Below, piece after piece: positions 13,811-26,664 of a stretch of 64,000 bases of DNA. Position 1 is the first letter of the stretch; every line of letters starts with the position of its first letter. Under the pieces are notes generated by a model. That model was not told the DNA's origin and made no database searches. It saw only the letters and a program-made list of their open reading frames with translations. The position numbers were made by a program, and so were the translations under genes. The DNA is from Paraphysomonas bandaiensis (Eukaryota; Protista; Chrysophyceae): NCBI GenBank assembly GCA_965644295.1, contig CBFFRP010000296.1, positions 1-64,000 of the forward strand. The letters run 5' to 3'.

Positions 13811-14554
13811 ATGAAAAAAATAGGTACAAGGTTTTGGATATTTACAAGTAGCAGGTTTAGGATTGCGAGAGTAATAAGTTCAGTTAAGTATTAAGTCTTG
13901 TAAGAAGGTTTCAGTGCTTTATCCTATTACTCGTGCACAACACGGACAGGGATCATAAGATCATCAATGACAATAATTATGGGGAAGCTCGAATACACAT
14001 AGTCGTTGCATTGATGAATATTTAATGATATAGCTGTCACTACAAAGTTGAATAGAAAACGGCTTCAACATTTGGATATATATTATTATGTCGTATATTT
14101 AAATTACTAAGTACTATTATACTGATCAGTAGCATCGTAATACGTTTCTATTCGCCCTAATAATCCACAATGCAATACACAATATCAGTTGTCAATAGCA
14201 ATATAATGCGCGAAGAAAACTATAACGATGATATTAATAAGACTATGGCAATACAGTGTTTCCTCGCCTTGCGTTAGGATGCATCATAATTCACATATGG
14301 TATACCCTGTTTAACTATAACAGTTTAACTATGTACTATGTAATTCAGTCTATCAACAGGCCTCCAACAACGTGCACTCGACTACGGTGGCTGTGCAAAC
14401 TGCGCATAGGCGGGTCATCAAATGGAGAAACCAAGTCAATCTCCTCGATATAAGCCTGTGGTATATATACAAAAGGGGAACTCGACAGTTACGAATAAAC
14501 AAGCTCGCTCTCGCAATTAGACATTCATTAGATGCATAATGGACGGTATCACTA

Positions 14555-15064
14555 TCATTGCAATACCACTGAATCCAGAAGAGACGCAACTTCGTTTGAT
14601 GAAACTGATGAGCCAAAAATAACTCCAAGTCTGTAGTGTCTATAGAAAAACAACCATGAGACAATCCTGTATAAAAACAATCCCATCCAAGATAATCTAG
14701 GTCTAAAAGAGATAGTATCAGTCACACAAGTTCCTCTACAAGTGGTTGTTAGCGTTCGAGTGTGATTCCACTCACTCATCAGGAGCATGGACGATCTTTC
14801 CGAAAATCCGCAACCGTCTTCGCACATATCTATTTGTATGTGGTCATATTCGAAAGGAATTAAGCCAAATAGTAAAAGCCAGCTTCGAAACAGGGGCTTT
14901 CCAGTAACTAACTCTGATGACAAACGCATGTTTAAATCTGGACTTGTCATTCGCAATATCGGATAAAACTCTTCGTTGACTCCACCTATACATGAGATTT
15001 TATTCCAAACTACGTGCTGAGGAGATTTTACAAATGAACTGATTTTAATAGTATGATAATGCAT
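14555..15064 (-). CDS. SRPBCC/START-like (polyketide cyclase-like) small protein, bacterial-type, intronless, 169 aa
   Basis: VW..IS..GGVNEEFYPILRMT, GKPLFRSWLLLFGLIPFEYD, GFSERSSML.MSEWNHTRTL, VTDTISFRPR, LFFYRHYRL. This pattern is typical of uncharacterised bacterial SRPBCC proteins (recognised by eye). Confidence 0.75.
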   Translation of the reverse strand: MHYHTIKISSFVKSPQHVVWNKISCIGGVNEEFYPILRMTSPDLNMRLSSELVTGKPLFRSWLLLFGLIPFEYDHIQIDMCEDGCGFSERSSMLLMSEWNHTRTLTTTCRGTCVTDTISFRPRLSWMGLFLYRIVSWLFFYRHYRLGVIFGSSVSSNEVASLLDSVVLQ

Positions 15065-15497
15065 TGGGAATAATTCTTTTAACTGTGTGCTGTTGCTTAG
15101 TTAATAACATGGACATGTCATATCCGGAATATGTCATATCGTAGTTCTTGTGCGTGGTGTACGCCCGCGGGTATGGTGTTGTGGTACACAGAGTACTGCT
15201 GCACGGGATGATAAGTAAATACAGATTATACAATTGTATACAGAGAGTGTGGTGAACTTTACTTGTGGAAAAGTATCTGTGTATGAGACTGTACAGCAGT
15301 GTACTATACTCCGTATATACCACGCACGGATTCAGTAGGTATGGTTTGGGTCCTGTGATATTCATGTAAATTATAACTATGAGAGGTTTCGTAGAGAGGA
15401 ATATCTTCCACCTACTGAATATCACTTTGATCATGTAACAATTCGGCTGAATCACAGTCTTATTGTCCGTGTTAGCCTCATTGTAGCTGTCATTGTC

Positions 15498-18400
15498 ATG
15501 TTTCCAACCTCATGGCAGAAGATACCGACCATACATACCAGTGAAAATGGACGCGTGGTGATACGAACAGAATTATCAGAATCTAGAACTATTGTACTGG
15601 CCGACCATCCAATCCCTTCAAGAGAAATACTTAAATATAAATTTCACAAATCAGCTACTGGAAATGATAGTGAGAGAGCGGGCGATGTATTGTCACCTCA
15701 TGCCGGCATAACGATTGATCCTCAAACTGGCGTTCCAATTCCTAGTACGTTTAGTAGTGGTTCAACAAGTTTGAGGGGTGAAGATAAAAAGTATGTTGTT
15801 GATGACATGGGAATAGATATATCTTCTGCACCTTCCCAAGATGTTCTTGAAATAAGCTACCCAGTGTATTACTGGGAGACAGAGGTGTTATCTTCTGTGA
15901 ATAGCGATAATGACACATCCAGTGTGGCAATTGGCTTGATTCCTGTGTCTAGTGAGCCTTCAAATATTGGATTTGAAGGTATCCAAGGGAGTATAGCTTA
16001 CCATAGCTCTGGCACCAGAATCCAATACCAGGAAAGAAATAAAGTTCCAAACACAGGGTTTGGGACCCATGATATTATTGGGTGTGGCTGGGAAGTTGGT
16101 GGGGAAGGGAATGTATTCTTTACCTGCAACGGGCGGTTGATCGGCCGAATTGAAAAGGGATTTGGGGCACAAGGGCAGACTTACCTGCCATCTGTAGAAT
16201 TAACTGGTATGGGCACTACCGTTCGCACCAACTTTGGACACACCAAGTTTCAGTTCAACACACCGAAGCTAGTTATATGTAATATTGAAATGGTCGAGCG
16301 TAGAAATTCTGTAAGTAGCTCCGCTACTAGCGGTGTGGTCAACAATGACAAAGGTGATGCCAGTAGCGCTGAATGGACTGGTATAATGCAAACTGTTACT
16401 GGAAGCAAGTCCTTGTCGTCTAATTCATCAAGCGAAGTTCGTGTAAGTGGACATTTAACATCGAGACCCGGAAAACAGCAGTCGTTGGCGGGTGTCTATG
16501 GTCACCCACCTGCCCGACACCGCTCAGTAAACGAACCGCGCGGCCCCAGACATAGTCAACTCCCTCAACCACAATCAGCCCCAATAGCTGGGCGTCCAGT
16601 ACCGTTAGTGCAGTCGAATCCATGTCCGCGACACCCGGTTACGACTCCTTCACGCCCCACACTAGCAAGTTCCGTATCTGACAATGTCACCACCCATACG
16701 AGTCGACCGGAAGTCCGACACCCCACGCCGTTGACGCCGATCACCGACCGCCATGTGCAGTCTGGTTTCAATGTAGATCAGTCGTATAACAGGGTTTATA
16801 TCGACGACTCCAATGAAAATGATATGGTTGCCCTTGCGTCGGCACTATCAATGGAATATGATGGAGTCCCTGGAGATGCTGTGCCATCAACAACCGCTCT
16901 CTGGACACAGCAAGATACCACCCAGACCGTCGATACGTATACATTACTACAAGCTATTTTGAGTGATTCAAATGCTGCAAACACTCCACCACCTCTAAAT
17001 GCGCAAGAGGAAAAGCTCCCGTCGTCAACAGATATGCGATTCGATAGCCAAAATCTCTATGAGGTGGTGGCATCTGTAAGTGCTAATTTAAAGAGAATGC
17101 AAGAAAAGATGATGTCGGCTATCAACGGAACGCCAGAGGTAGGTCACAGACGTACACTAAAAGCTAGTTGAACAGCCGCTTTTAAACATTTTACGGCTGT
17201 TTCTACTTTGACCTATTTTGCATGGTTACTTCATTTGTATGCGCGATGTTGTATGTAAGCTTCAGTTTCACCTTGCAACCATATTGGCGATATGAATGTC
17301 ACGAATGAATATGACTGTTTTTGCACAGGATGTGTCGCTGGCTACTCTTCTAGATCTTAATGACTCCGTGTCATTCATACTTGATACTGCGAGTGAATAC
17401 TTAGCTACCCAGCAGTCTCTATATTCAACTAGGCAACATGTCGACAGCAACGACGACGGTCTGAGTGATACGGCAATTGCTGTGGCGAACCCGCCGTCTA
17501 AAGACGAAAATTCAGAGAAATTGTCTTATTTGGCAGAGGAGCTGCCTTCTGTGGTATGCGTGTTATATCTATGATTTGCTTTCTATTGTGTGTATTGAGT
17601 TGTTTGGGTGTGTGAAGAGTTTTCTGCACGCAATTTGTATTGACAGCTGTTTGGCAGGTGAATATCATGTACATGCTCCGTAGGGGGAGTCGGGCGGAAA
17701 TATCGACTGCTGTGCGCCATTTGCTGACTCTTTACGGCTGTAATAAAGGTGTTGAGGGCTGTGTGCCTTCCGAAAGTACAGTTGAATCTGATGCCATCAA
17801 CGATATGCGCAGCGCTGGTATGGCGATGCTTCAATTTTATTGCTTCGTGCATTGTAGTCGCTATGTAAAGTACATCAGAATTGTGGTAACGTAGACTAAA
17901 ATTGTTTGATAAAATAGCTTCGCTCATTACTCATTGATATTGTTTTGAATAATCTATGTAGGAGGTCTTCAAACTTTGGTGGCGGCATTCCTACGGTGTG
18001 GGGAGGGGCATGACGTCTTATTACAGGCACATTTACGTTTTATTCAATGACCCTACATTTTGACAACTATTCGTAGATATCAATTGCTATTGCAGTCATG
18101 GTAGCGAATGAGAATGACTGGCACTTGCTTGTGAAAGGTATACAGCATTTTTTCGTGACCCCATTTACTAATTTTTGTTCCAGATGTGCATGCCATATTG
18201 TCTGCACTTCATCTATTGCTCGTTAAATCTGGTGACATACAAGACGATCAGCTGGGCCATATGTTTCGCGATAGCCGCCGTTTAGTAGCCGCTGCCGTAT
18301 CGAGACTGTGTTTGGTTCTCTGTGTCGAGTGGGGTAAGCCAACTGGGGCGTCACAAGCGTTAAGAGATTTTGGGGCCGATTGGGAATCTGAAAAGCTCCC

Positions 18401-21400
18401 TTCTTCGGTTTTAGATTTTCATCGCAAGTTAGCAGGTTCGAAACCATCTTCGCGGAGCAGCTCTAGTAAAGGTATCATATCATATGAATATGACATCTGT
18501 TGCAATATGATGTCGTGAGCTTCGCTGTTATTCTCATAGGTGACAAGGAGGCTAACCTGTCGCCAATGCTGAAGGCTTTGATGCACATTATAAAGACCTT
18601 GTGCCCGCTACCAACTTCTCCACCTCGATCAGCAGAGGCGTCTCCCCGGTCGCAGTTTAACACCGCGAGGACTTCTCATGAATACAGTGACCGTTTCTTA
18701 CGAGACAACCCTGAAGCAGGTTGGCTGTGGTGTCACTTTGATGTCACAAGAATAATTTATGAGACACCGATGTATGCAACTAGTCCACAACAAATATGAC
18801 TGTGATTGTAGAACAACATTTTTCTGTTTATTGTATTTATATCAACTGTATTAACATTTGGTGTGGTATTTCAGTGGCAGTAACCCGGGTAAGATCATCG
18901 TCGTATGCATACACGTCTCCACACTTGTTAAACACGGGCTACAACGATGACGGCGACCACTTGACTTCCTCACTTCCAGTGCTGTCGAAGCCTGTAAATG
19001 AGTCTGTGCAATCCTCTTCAACTGCTTTTCATCGCTCTCTATCTGAAGCAAGCGGTATGAGTTCTCTGTCAATTCAAGGAACTAAATTTCCTAAAATGCG
19101 AATTAATATTCCCCCATTGAATATTTCAACCCCGTCAGAGGCGTGCGAAGACTGCAACGTCGAGCCACAGATTGATATGGTCATCGTGTTATGTAGCGTT
19201 GCGATCAGCAGCCTTGCACAAATTGAGGAATGTCGTGCACCACTCGTGGCTGATGGTGCGCTGTCGTTGCTTGCAGCGTGGCTAGATGTAGCAGCCGGTG
19301 TGCTGTCGTGGCACAATGCGGCAAGACTGCAAAATAGTACTCCAAGTAGAGATGACGAATCGTCAGTGGGACTAAGTATCAGCTCCGGAGCCTTAGATAC
19401 ACTGGACACTGGCATCGAACATAAAAATTCGTCATTTGCCAATTCACAGGAAAAAAGAACTCATATGCCTGGTGAAATATACCGCTGTCCCAGTGCTGCA
19501 AGTGAGACATCTATGGGTGGTGTCATACCTTCTGGTCACCCTGTTTACGAGCTGATTAATAATGTCAGTGCTGCTGTGGCATATGTGACGACATCCAATA
19601 GTGCTCCTTCTGGTGCATCAGGTAGACGAAATAGTGATTCATTTGGGCCATCTGCGAGTGCCTCGAATTATACAATTGGCAGAATTGATGCACAGGTACT
19701 TGCTCTCTCATTTTATACTCTAACGCTGTTGTTCCATTATCAGTCCAATTGACTTCTACTATCGTGTTCCACAGGTCATGGGAGATGGACTTGTCTCTGC
19801 CATCGGCCGATTTATCAATGCATCTACATTCGACTATTTGGTCTCAAACCAAACGTGTCTGAAGCGTGTACTGTCTCCAATTTTGCCCCGTGGGGGAGCG
19901 ATCGCTCTATCGCAGGCAATGTGTTCATTGGCTAGCCGGTCGCAAAATCGGTCACCAATGTTGGATGCTGGAGCGCCTCACGCTATTGTGCGACTACTGG
20001 TAGATGCTATTTCCCGAAGACGTAAACTGGACTATGGATTTGAAGTGGATGAGGTAGAGGATGAGTTTCCAACTGAGGAATATGGACCACAAAAGTTGGA
20101 GAGGTTACACAAAGAGCGGGAAGCAGAAACTGCTTACTTACGCACCCTTGCGCAAAGCTGTCTTAACATGCTATCGTACTTCCTTGCGGATAGTATTGCC
20201 TCACTTCCCAGTCAGACTGCTATGAGTAAGCCTCTCGCGATATCATCATCAAATTCATTCGCTTCTCTGGGGTCTGGCAGAGGCTCGCTGTCTTTGCCCT
20301 CGATTGTAGAGCTTATGATTCATCCACGTGTGGTGGATGCGGTAAAGTATGTGACCAATCAACCTAAAGGAGCATGTAGGTTGGCTGCTTTGCGTGTAGT
20401 TTCTATGCTCGTAGAATGGCCTGAAGCCCTGGATGCTATGTATGCGCATCGCTTCAGTGATATATTGGTAAGTTTTTCTGCTCTCAGTCAATGCATTCCA
20501 CTGATTACATGCGTCTATATAGGCTGTTATAGTGGCAGAATCGAATGATATTTACGAATTTGATATCATACCATCCCGACCCACAAAGCCTGATCGTGGT
20601 TCGAGCCAGGGTAGTAGCAAGACAGAGAGTGATGATATTGACGGCGGTCAGATCAGCAACCAAAGCTTAGAAGTGTTGATGCGAGCTTGTTACACGCTTG
20701 CTCACATTTGCATTGCTAATGTGAAATATGCAGCAGAGCTCTTCGAGAATGGATTAATGACAATAATGCTCAGGACTGCTCGGTACGATCATATAGAAGT
20801 GCAAAGACAAGCTGTCCGATGTATTAGTGGCATGTGCCAAGTGCTATCATCTCTTTTTCCCGGACGTCACCCGTCGATAGTTGTTGAGAAACTAAAGTCG
20901 GAAGGTTCTGAAGTTAAAGCCATTCGAAGTCATTCAGACAGCACTAATCAAATTCGAGCTCAAGCTGTGAAGTAAGTGATGTTGTTGTATATAGAGTGTA
21001 TATGGATTGATTATATATGTGATATAGACTTCAAACTACAGTGTTGGCATTCTCTGAAGCCATGCATTATCTGGCGCACGCATTGACTTCACAGAGCTTT
21101 TTAGTACAAAAAGAAGCGCTTGTAGGCATCTCTTTTTTGGCAAGAGATGATCTACTCCGCGTTGGCGTGGTTGAAGGCCCTTTGCGGGTTATCATTCGTA
21201 TTATGTTGGACACCACCTGTGAGCCTGAACTCAGAGCATTAGCGGAAGTAGTTCTTGTCAACATTGGATTTCAAAACGGTCGGATAGACATGCAGGTCGT
21301 AGCTAATGACTACGTGCTACTGTCAGAATGGTTTTACATGCGGAGGTCGCTGCGACCTCAAGCACTTGCTGTCGACCTATTGCACCATTGGGTGGATGCC

Positions 21401-24400
21401 CTCTTTTATGGGACTGACGTAGCTGACCGCAAAGCGAAGCAACATTTCTTATTGACTGAACTCGGCCAAGCATCCCCGGATGACGTTGATGAGAATTCTT
21501 TGTCGCTTCATTTACCGAATGGAATAGAAATAGACCTACGCGATACTCTCGATCTCCTTGGTTTGTCGCTGCATAGGTATTTAATGGAACGAATAGTCCG
21601 AAACTCCATGTTGCGCCGCTCCAATCAGGCGACATCAAGTAGCACTGGTGGGCTCAGTAGCATCATATCCCATATTAACCCCAATGCTGGACTTCGAGAA
21701 GCTTTGCTGCAACAGTTCATTCATCTATTTGATGCGTGGACAATGCTTCGCAATGGGGCAGCCGCTGAGGTCCACGCCAGGATGAGTCTAAGCCCAAGTA
21801 GTGTTCCCAGCCCCTCAACATCTGCGGAGTTCATGCTTGACGATAATCCAATTCCCCAACCACCCACCCTTCATAGACTAAAGACAGGCCATATCACGGA
21901 GAAGTTTTTTGCTTTTATGTCGTTTTGTTCTGGTCGAGCGACTGCGGAACACGTACTCCGAGAAGAAGCCAACGAAGACCGCGAAATGCAAGCTGCGAAG
22001 GAAGCGGCGCTGTCGCGTGGCGAAACGATATCAGCTCGAGATAGGGAAGGTGGTGCGTCCGTGAAAGATCAGAGCAAAGATAAATCAAAATATAATGATA
22101 AAGATTTGCCTTGCACGATAGATGACGACATTGATGATTCGCTGAATACTCCACCGGCGAAAGTTCAAGAGTTGTTGGATATGTTTTTCCCGTCGAGATT
22201 GTATCAAATGTACTTAACTGATATGCTGTCAGTTGGGGTTCCTTGTGAGACAAGTGTAGAGGCAACCGTTGACCCCACTCCCACTAGGGCTCACGCGGGC
22301 AGCCTTCCTCCTACACGAGCAATCCACGCGAATGACATTTTCAATCGATTTACTGTACCTGAACCCAAGAACTTTCGGGCACTGTTGTTATCATCTCGCG
22401 AGTACTACTCATTTGGCAGGGAGGGAAGAGTCATTCAACGCATTCTCGATGACGTAGCTGCAGTGGAAGGTCATAACGGACCTGCTGGAAGTTCCCGCGT
22501 AGCAGAGGAGGCGTCTTACATGGGTGGATACGTGGATGTATCGAATACACTATGGACATTATGTTTTCGTGACAGTACTTTTGAAGGCGAGTTTATGATA
22601 TCTTTGCTTTCTACACTGCGCCGATGTCCTCAGATTGCTTCACTGAATTTTACCTCGCGCCGCCCAGAGCAGCACTCCGAGTTAGGGTTTTTGGCGGGAA
22701 GTGTACCTGGCACAGTACGCTTTCTATCATTTGACGCCGCGCTTTCCAGTCCTGCCATCGAGATCATGTGTGTTATGTTACGCACTCAAAACCCAGCGTT
22801 TTCTCGAGAGGTTTCCATTGATGCTGCAGATGTCAGTGTTGATACAGAAGATAATATTGCCGATAGGTCGAACAGTGGGTTGCTGGGTATTGCAATTAAG
22901 AATACGAATTTTTCTTCCGGTGATCTGAAGAGCGTATGTGAGTTATTGGACCCAACAGAAGAGTATTTGAATATTATGAATTATCGTGGCCATTCTAACT
23001 CCGCTGATGATAAACGAAGATCAAGTGACGGAGGAGTACACACTGCCTCTATATTAAAACACGTTATGAATCGCCGCTTATATGGATTAAAGTACTTGGA
23101 TTTAAGCGATAACCGCCTGTCAGATGAACACTGTTCTAACATCATATGTGCTTGTATAGATGGACCTCTTGAGGGCCTAGAACTGAGAGGAAATTCTATT
23201 CATAGAGGTCTTTATTTCTGCCCACCGCTGGCTACTTACCTCAGTTCTAGAAACTGTCAGTTGCGACATTTGGGTCTAGCTTCGAATGCATTAATAAATG
23301 CGACGTTTAGATCGATATTAGATTCATGTCAACACCCTGGCAATGACGTTCTCACCTCACTTGATGTATCTTTCAATAATTTGACATCATCAGACAACAA
23401 TAAGTCGAAAATTCGTGAGTTTCTAAAGAAAAATACCTGTCTTCGGATGTTGAACTTATCGTACAACCGTTTTTCGAGTGACATGATGCATGCATTGCAT
23501 CTCGGGTTGCTTGAAAATGACTCCATCATACTGCTGCGGTTGGAGGGACATCAGTCTGTGAGTTCCGTGGAAATGCAAAGGGTTCGTAAGTTAATAAAGA
23601 AAAACCGTGAACGGTATGTAAATGGACACCCTTTGAGTCCACAGACGCCCCAAACAGTTAGTTCTTATCGCGTACCAGATAGCACTGCTAGCAGTGCTGG
23701 GATGCCTGGTCAGTTAACAGCGTCAGAAAAGAATATCGCCGACAGATGTGAACCCACTCATCCTCATCATGTACACAGTGAGTCAGATATCCCCCACGTT
23801 GGAGCCCAGTTCGGAACGCAGGCATCCTCTCCGAGTGGGCAATATGCAGTGGATGTACCAACAACACCCCAATCTCGTACGAGTATTTGTCGTAAGGCAA
23901 ATACGGAAGCAGGCGACAAAAAACATAAGTTAGGTGACCCTCTGTCATTGGAACACAAACCAGGCATGAAAGATACAAGTACAAGGAACATGAGAAACGA
24001 TGGGTCCTCCCACTCAACCCCAACTGCCACTGCAGTGAATATTCCCGGTTGCCCATTGCCCACATCACCCCAGAATAATTGTACAAGCGAACCTCTAAGT
24101 GCCGTAGCAGTTCCGTTATCAGACACTGAGTACGATGTGAATGGTGAGGACGTGTGGCAAGATGATGACATCGACGAATATGAGGACAATGGAATGGTAT
24201 CGAGAAATGTTTTATGTGTACTATTTTCCGCGCCATTGGCATGGATGGATACCCGTAACCAAATACATCCAATACAGACGCTGGACTACGCAGGTGAGAG
24301 AGAAACTCTTTTGCAAGTGTTCAGAGAGGCCCAAAGAGATATCGGACTGAGAATGGATTTCGCCACAACAGATACTCTTCGTACTGCTGTGACTTTGGGG

Positions 24401-25993
24401 TGTAAAGCTCTTCATTTCAGTGGGCACGGACATCCTCACTGCTTAAATTTCGAGGATGGGCGCTCTGGACTACAGTTCGTAACGGTGGAACAGTTGCGGG
24501 ACCTTTGTCAGGCTGGGGGGCTCAAGCTTGAATTCGTGTTTGTATCTGCGTGTTACAGCCGTCGTGCTGCAGAGGCATTCGCTGATGCAGGCGTCCCACA
24601 TGTGGTATGTGTGCATATAGATGCGCAACTGCTTGATGCTGCAGCTATGGCTTTTACTCGAGCATTTTATCTGGCACTAATTTTTGGAGAGACTGTAAAG
24701 CATGCATTTGACATCGGCACACAAGCGGTCTCAGCCTCTCCTTATGTGCCCAACAGCTCCTTGGAACGAAGCAAGTTCATGCTGCTACCTGAAGGGGATC
24801 CTCATGATACCCCTGTGTTTACAGCCAAGGCGATCCGTCGTTGGCCGTCATCTAAATCTTCATTACGTGGTCTAACATGTGATCTCGTTGATACATCATA
24901 TCTTCCGCAACCGCCAGAAGATTTTGAAGGAAGGGAAGTGGACATGCATCATACCATCAAGTTCCTTCTCAATCGACGGCTGGTTACAGTTGTAGGAGAG
25001 GCTGGGGTCGGAAAGAGTGCTGTAGTGGTAGCTGTATGTTCATACATTTCGGAGAGACGATATTTTGATGACGGAATTGTATATGTGCGCCTGCAGGGTG
25101 TGGCAACATATGAGGGAATGCTGGCACAACTCGGAAGAGCAATATCGAACGGCCCGCCACGTCTTGCTCGAAGGTTCACCGCATCTATGAGAACTTATCA
25201 CGACACTAAACATTTACCATTGAATAAATCTCCTGATGGTGTCTATGGGAGTGAAGAAGACCCTATACGAGAGCAAGAGGAAAAGCTTTTGCATTGTCTT
25301 GGGCCACTGAAGGCGCTGATTGTCATGGATCATATTAATGACCTTTTGTCATCTACCGGAGGAGATACTAGCACTGATTTAAAAATGTTTTTGTCGCGTA
25401 TATTTGATCGATGTCGTCATATGAAGGTACTTTCATCCTGCACTATATCGTTGAAGTTGCTTACACCGCTATGTATTTAAGGTGTTAACGACCAGCACAG
25501 ACCCCATCGGTCTAGGACATGGGTTTGGTGTTGTCGAGAATTGTGTTTCTGTTGGCACGTTATCTTTGCGAAGCTCATTGCGTTTATTCGCCCGCTTATC
25601 GCCGTGTTTGGCCACTGGAGCGGAAAAACTAAAATTTGTGAGATCATTGCTAATTCCGGACCAAGCAGAAGTAACTTTGGAGAGCCGAGAGGTGGTGTTA
25701 ATTTTCTTTTCCAAAGCTTCCATTGATCATTGTCTATTATGCAGGTGAGTTCCGCTGCAGCCCAAATTCTTTACATGCTTGGTGGAGGCCACCCAGGGAA
25801 AATTGTCAAAATAGCTTGTGAAACGAATAAGCAGAATGTACTAGCGATGCTGCAGAAAGGAGAAAAGATTATCCACGGGAGGAACCGCTCGACCGCAGAA
25901 GACGCTACGTCCCGTACTCGAGCACAATACCCGGTTGATAACGGGGGGCAGTCGGATCGACATGATAGTAATGGTAATCTCAGAGAGCTGTGA
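15498..25993 (+). CDS. Giant (~3,150 aa, ~13 exons) SPRY - UIM/GAT-like - ARM-like - LRR - CHAT protease - STAND/NB-ARC-like NTPase protein
   Basis: All track ORFs from 15498 to 25993 join in frame through intron junctions (e.g. PE|DVSL, DAQ|VMG, IL|AVIV, VK|LQTT, MK|VLT, RE|VSS). SPRY at ~15850-16260 (DIIGCGW..VFFTCNG..VRTNFG); LRRs (LKYLDLSDNRL, LEGLELRGNSI, LTSLDVSFNNL, LRMLNLSYN); CHAT LHFSGHG 24410-24430 and VSACYS ~24542-24559; Walker A GEAGVGKS 24995-25018; Walker B ALIVMD. Confidence 0.85.
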
Positions 25994-26664
25994 GACAATA
26001 GGCGAACCACCAAATTTGTTTATATGCACTGGTGTGTAAATTTTGAATTCACGTATTGATGCGAGAAATGGTTATACTCAGTTTTTGTGTCTGAGGTGTA
26101 GTACATACGTGAACGAATGATTGTTATAGTTGTGATTCCTGAGTGTCTATGTTCGTGTATCAAGGAATGCTGAGGAACACAAGGGTAAAATATTAAGGGT
26201 TTCAGAATCCATGCGGCTCTTATCAACTGTTTCCTGTGTTACGTATTATTAGGTGTTGCAGTGAGATCTCATGACATGAATCCCGTAGGTGATAAACAAC
26301 AGAAATACTCCCTCACTGTTTCTATTCTCGATTTCTACGCATTTTACCTGCTATCCAAAAATGTCATTGTTATCAACTAAACCTTTAAACTTACTCCACA
26401 TATTTATATTTAACCACAGGGAGCTATAATTGCATAATAGCTACAATAAACGTACTCCTACCACAGAAATAGCAACTGCGAGGTATATAAATTCGTACCT
26501 AAGTGTGTCGATGATGAATGTGAATAATTATAGTCGTCCGAGGCTGCTTGTTGTCATTGGCATCATCATATTTATGTTAATCACGCTTAACCCCTGCTAG
26601 TGCAACTGACTCGAATACTGTGTGTATGATATAAGACACACAATTCTGAGAAGCACGATGTGAC

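Noticed and set aside
15960-26029. Numerous antisense and alternate-frame ORFs overlapping the giant gene and other genes
   Set aside because: Shadow ORFs of real coding sequence, with no motifs.
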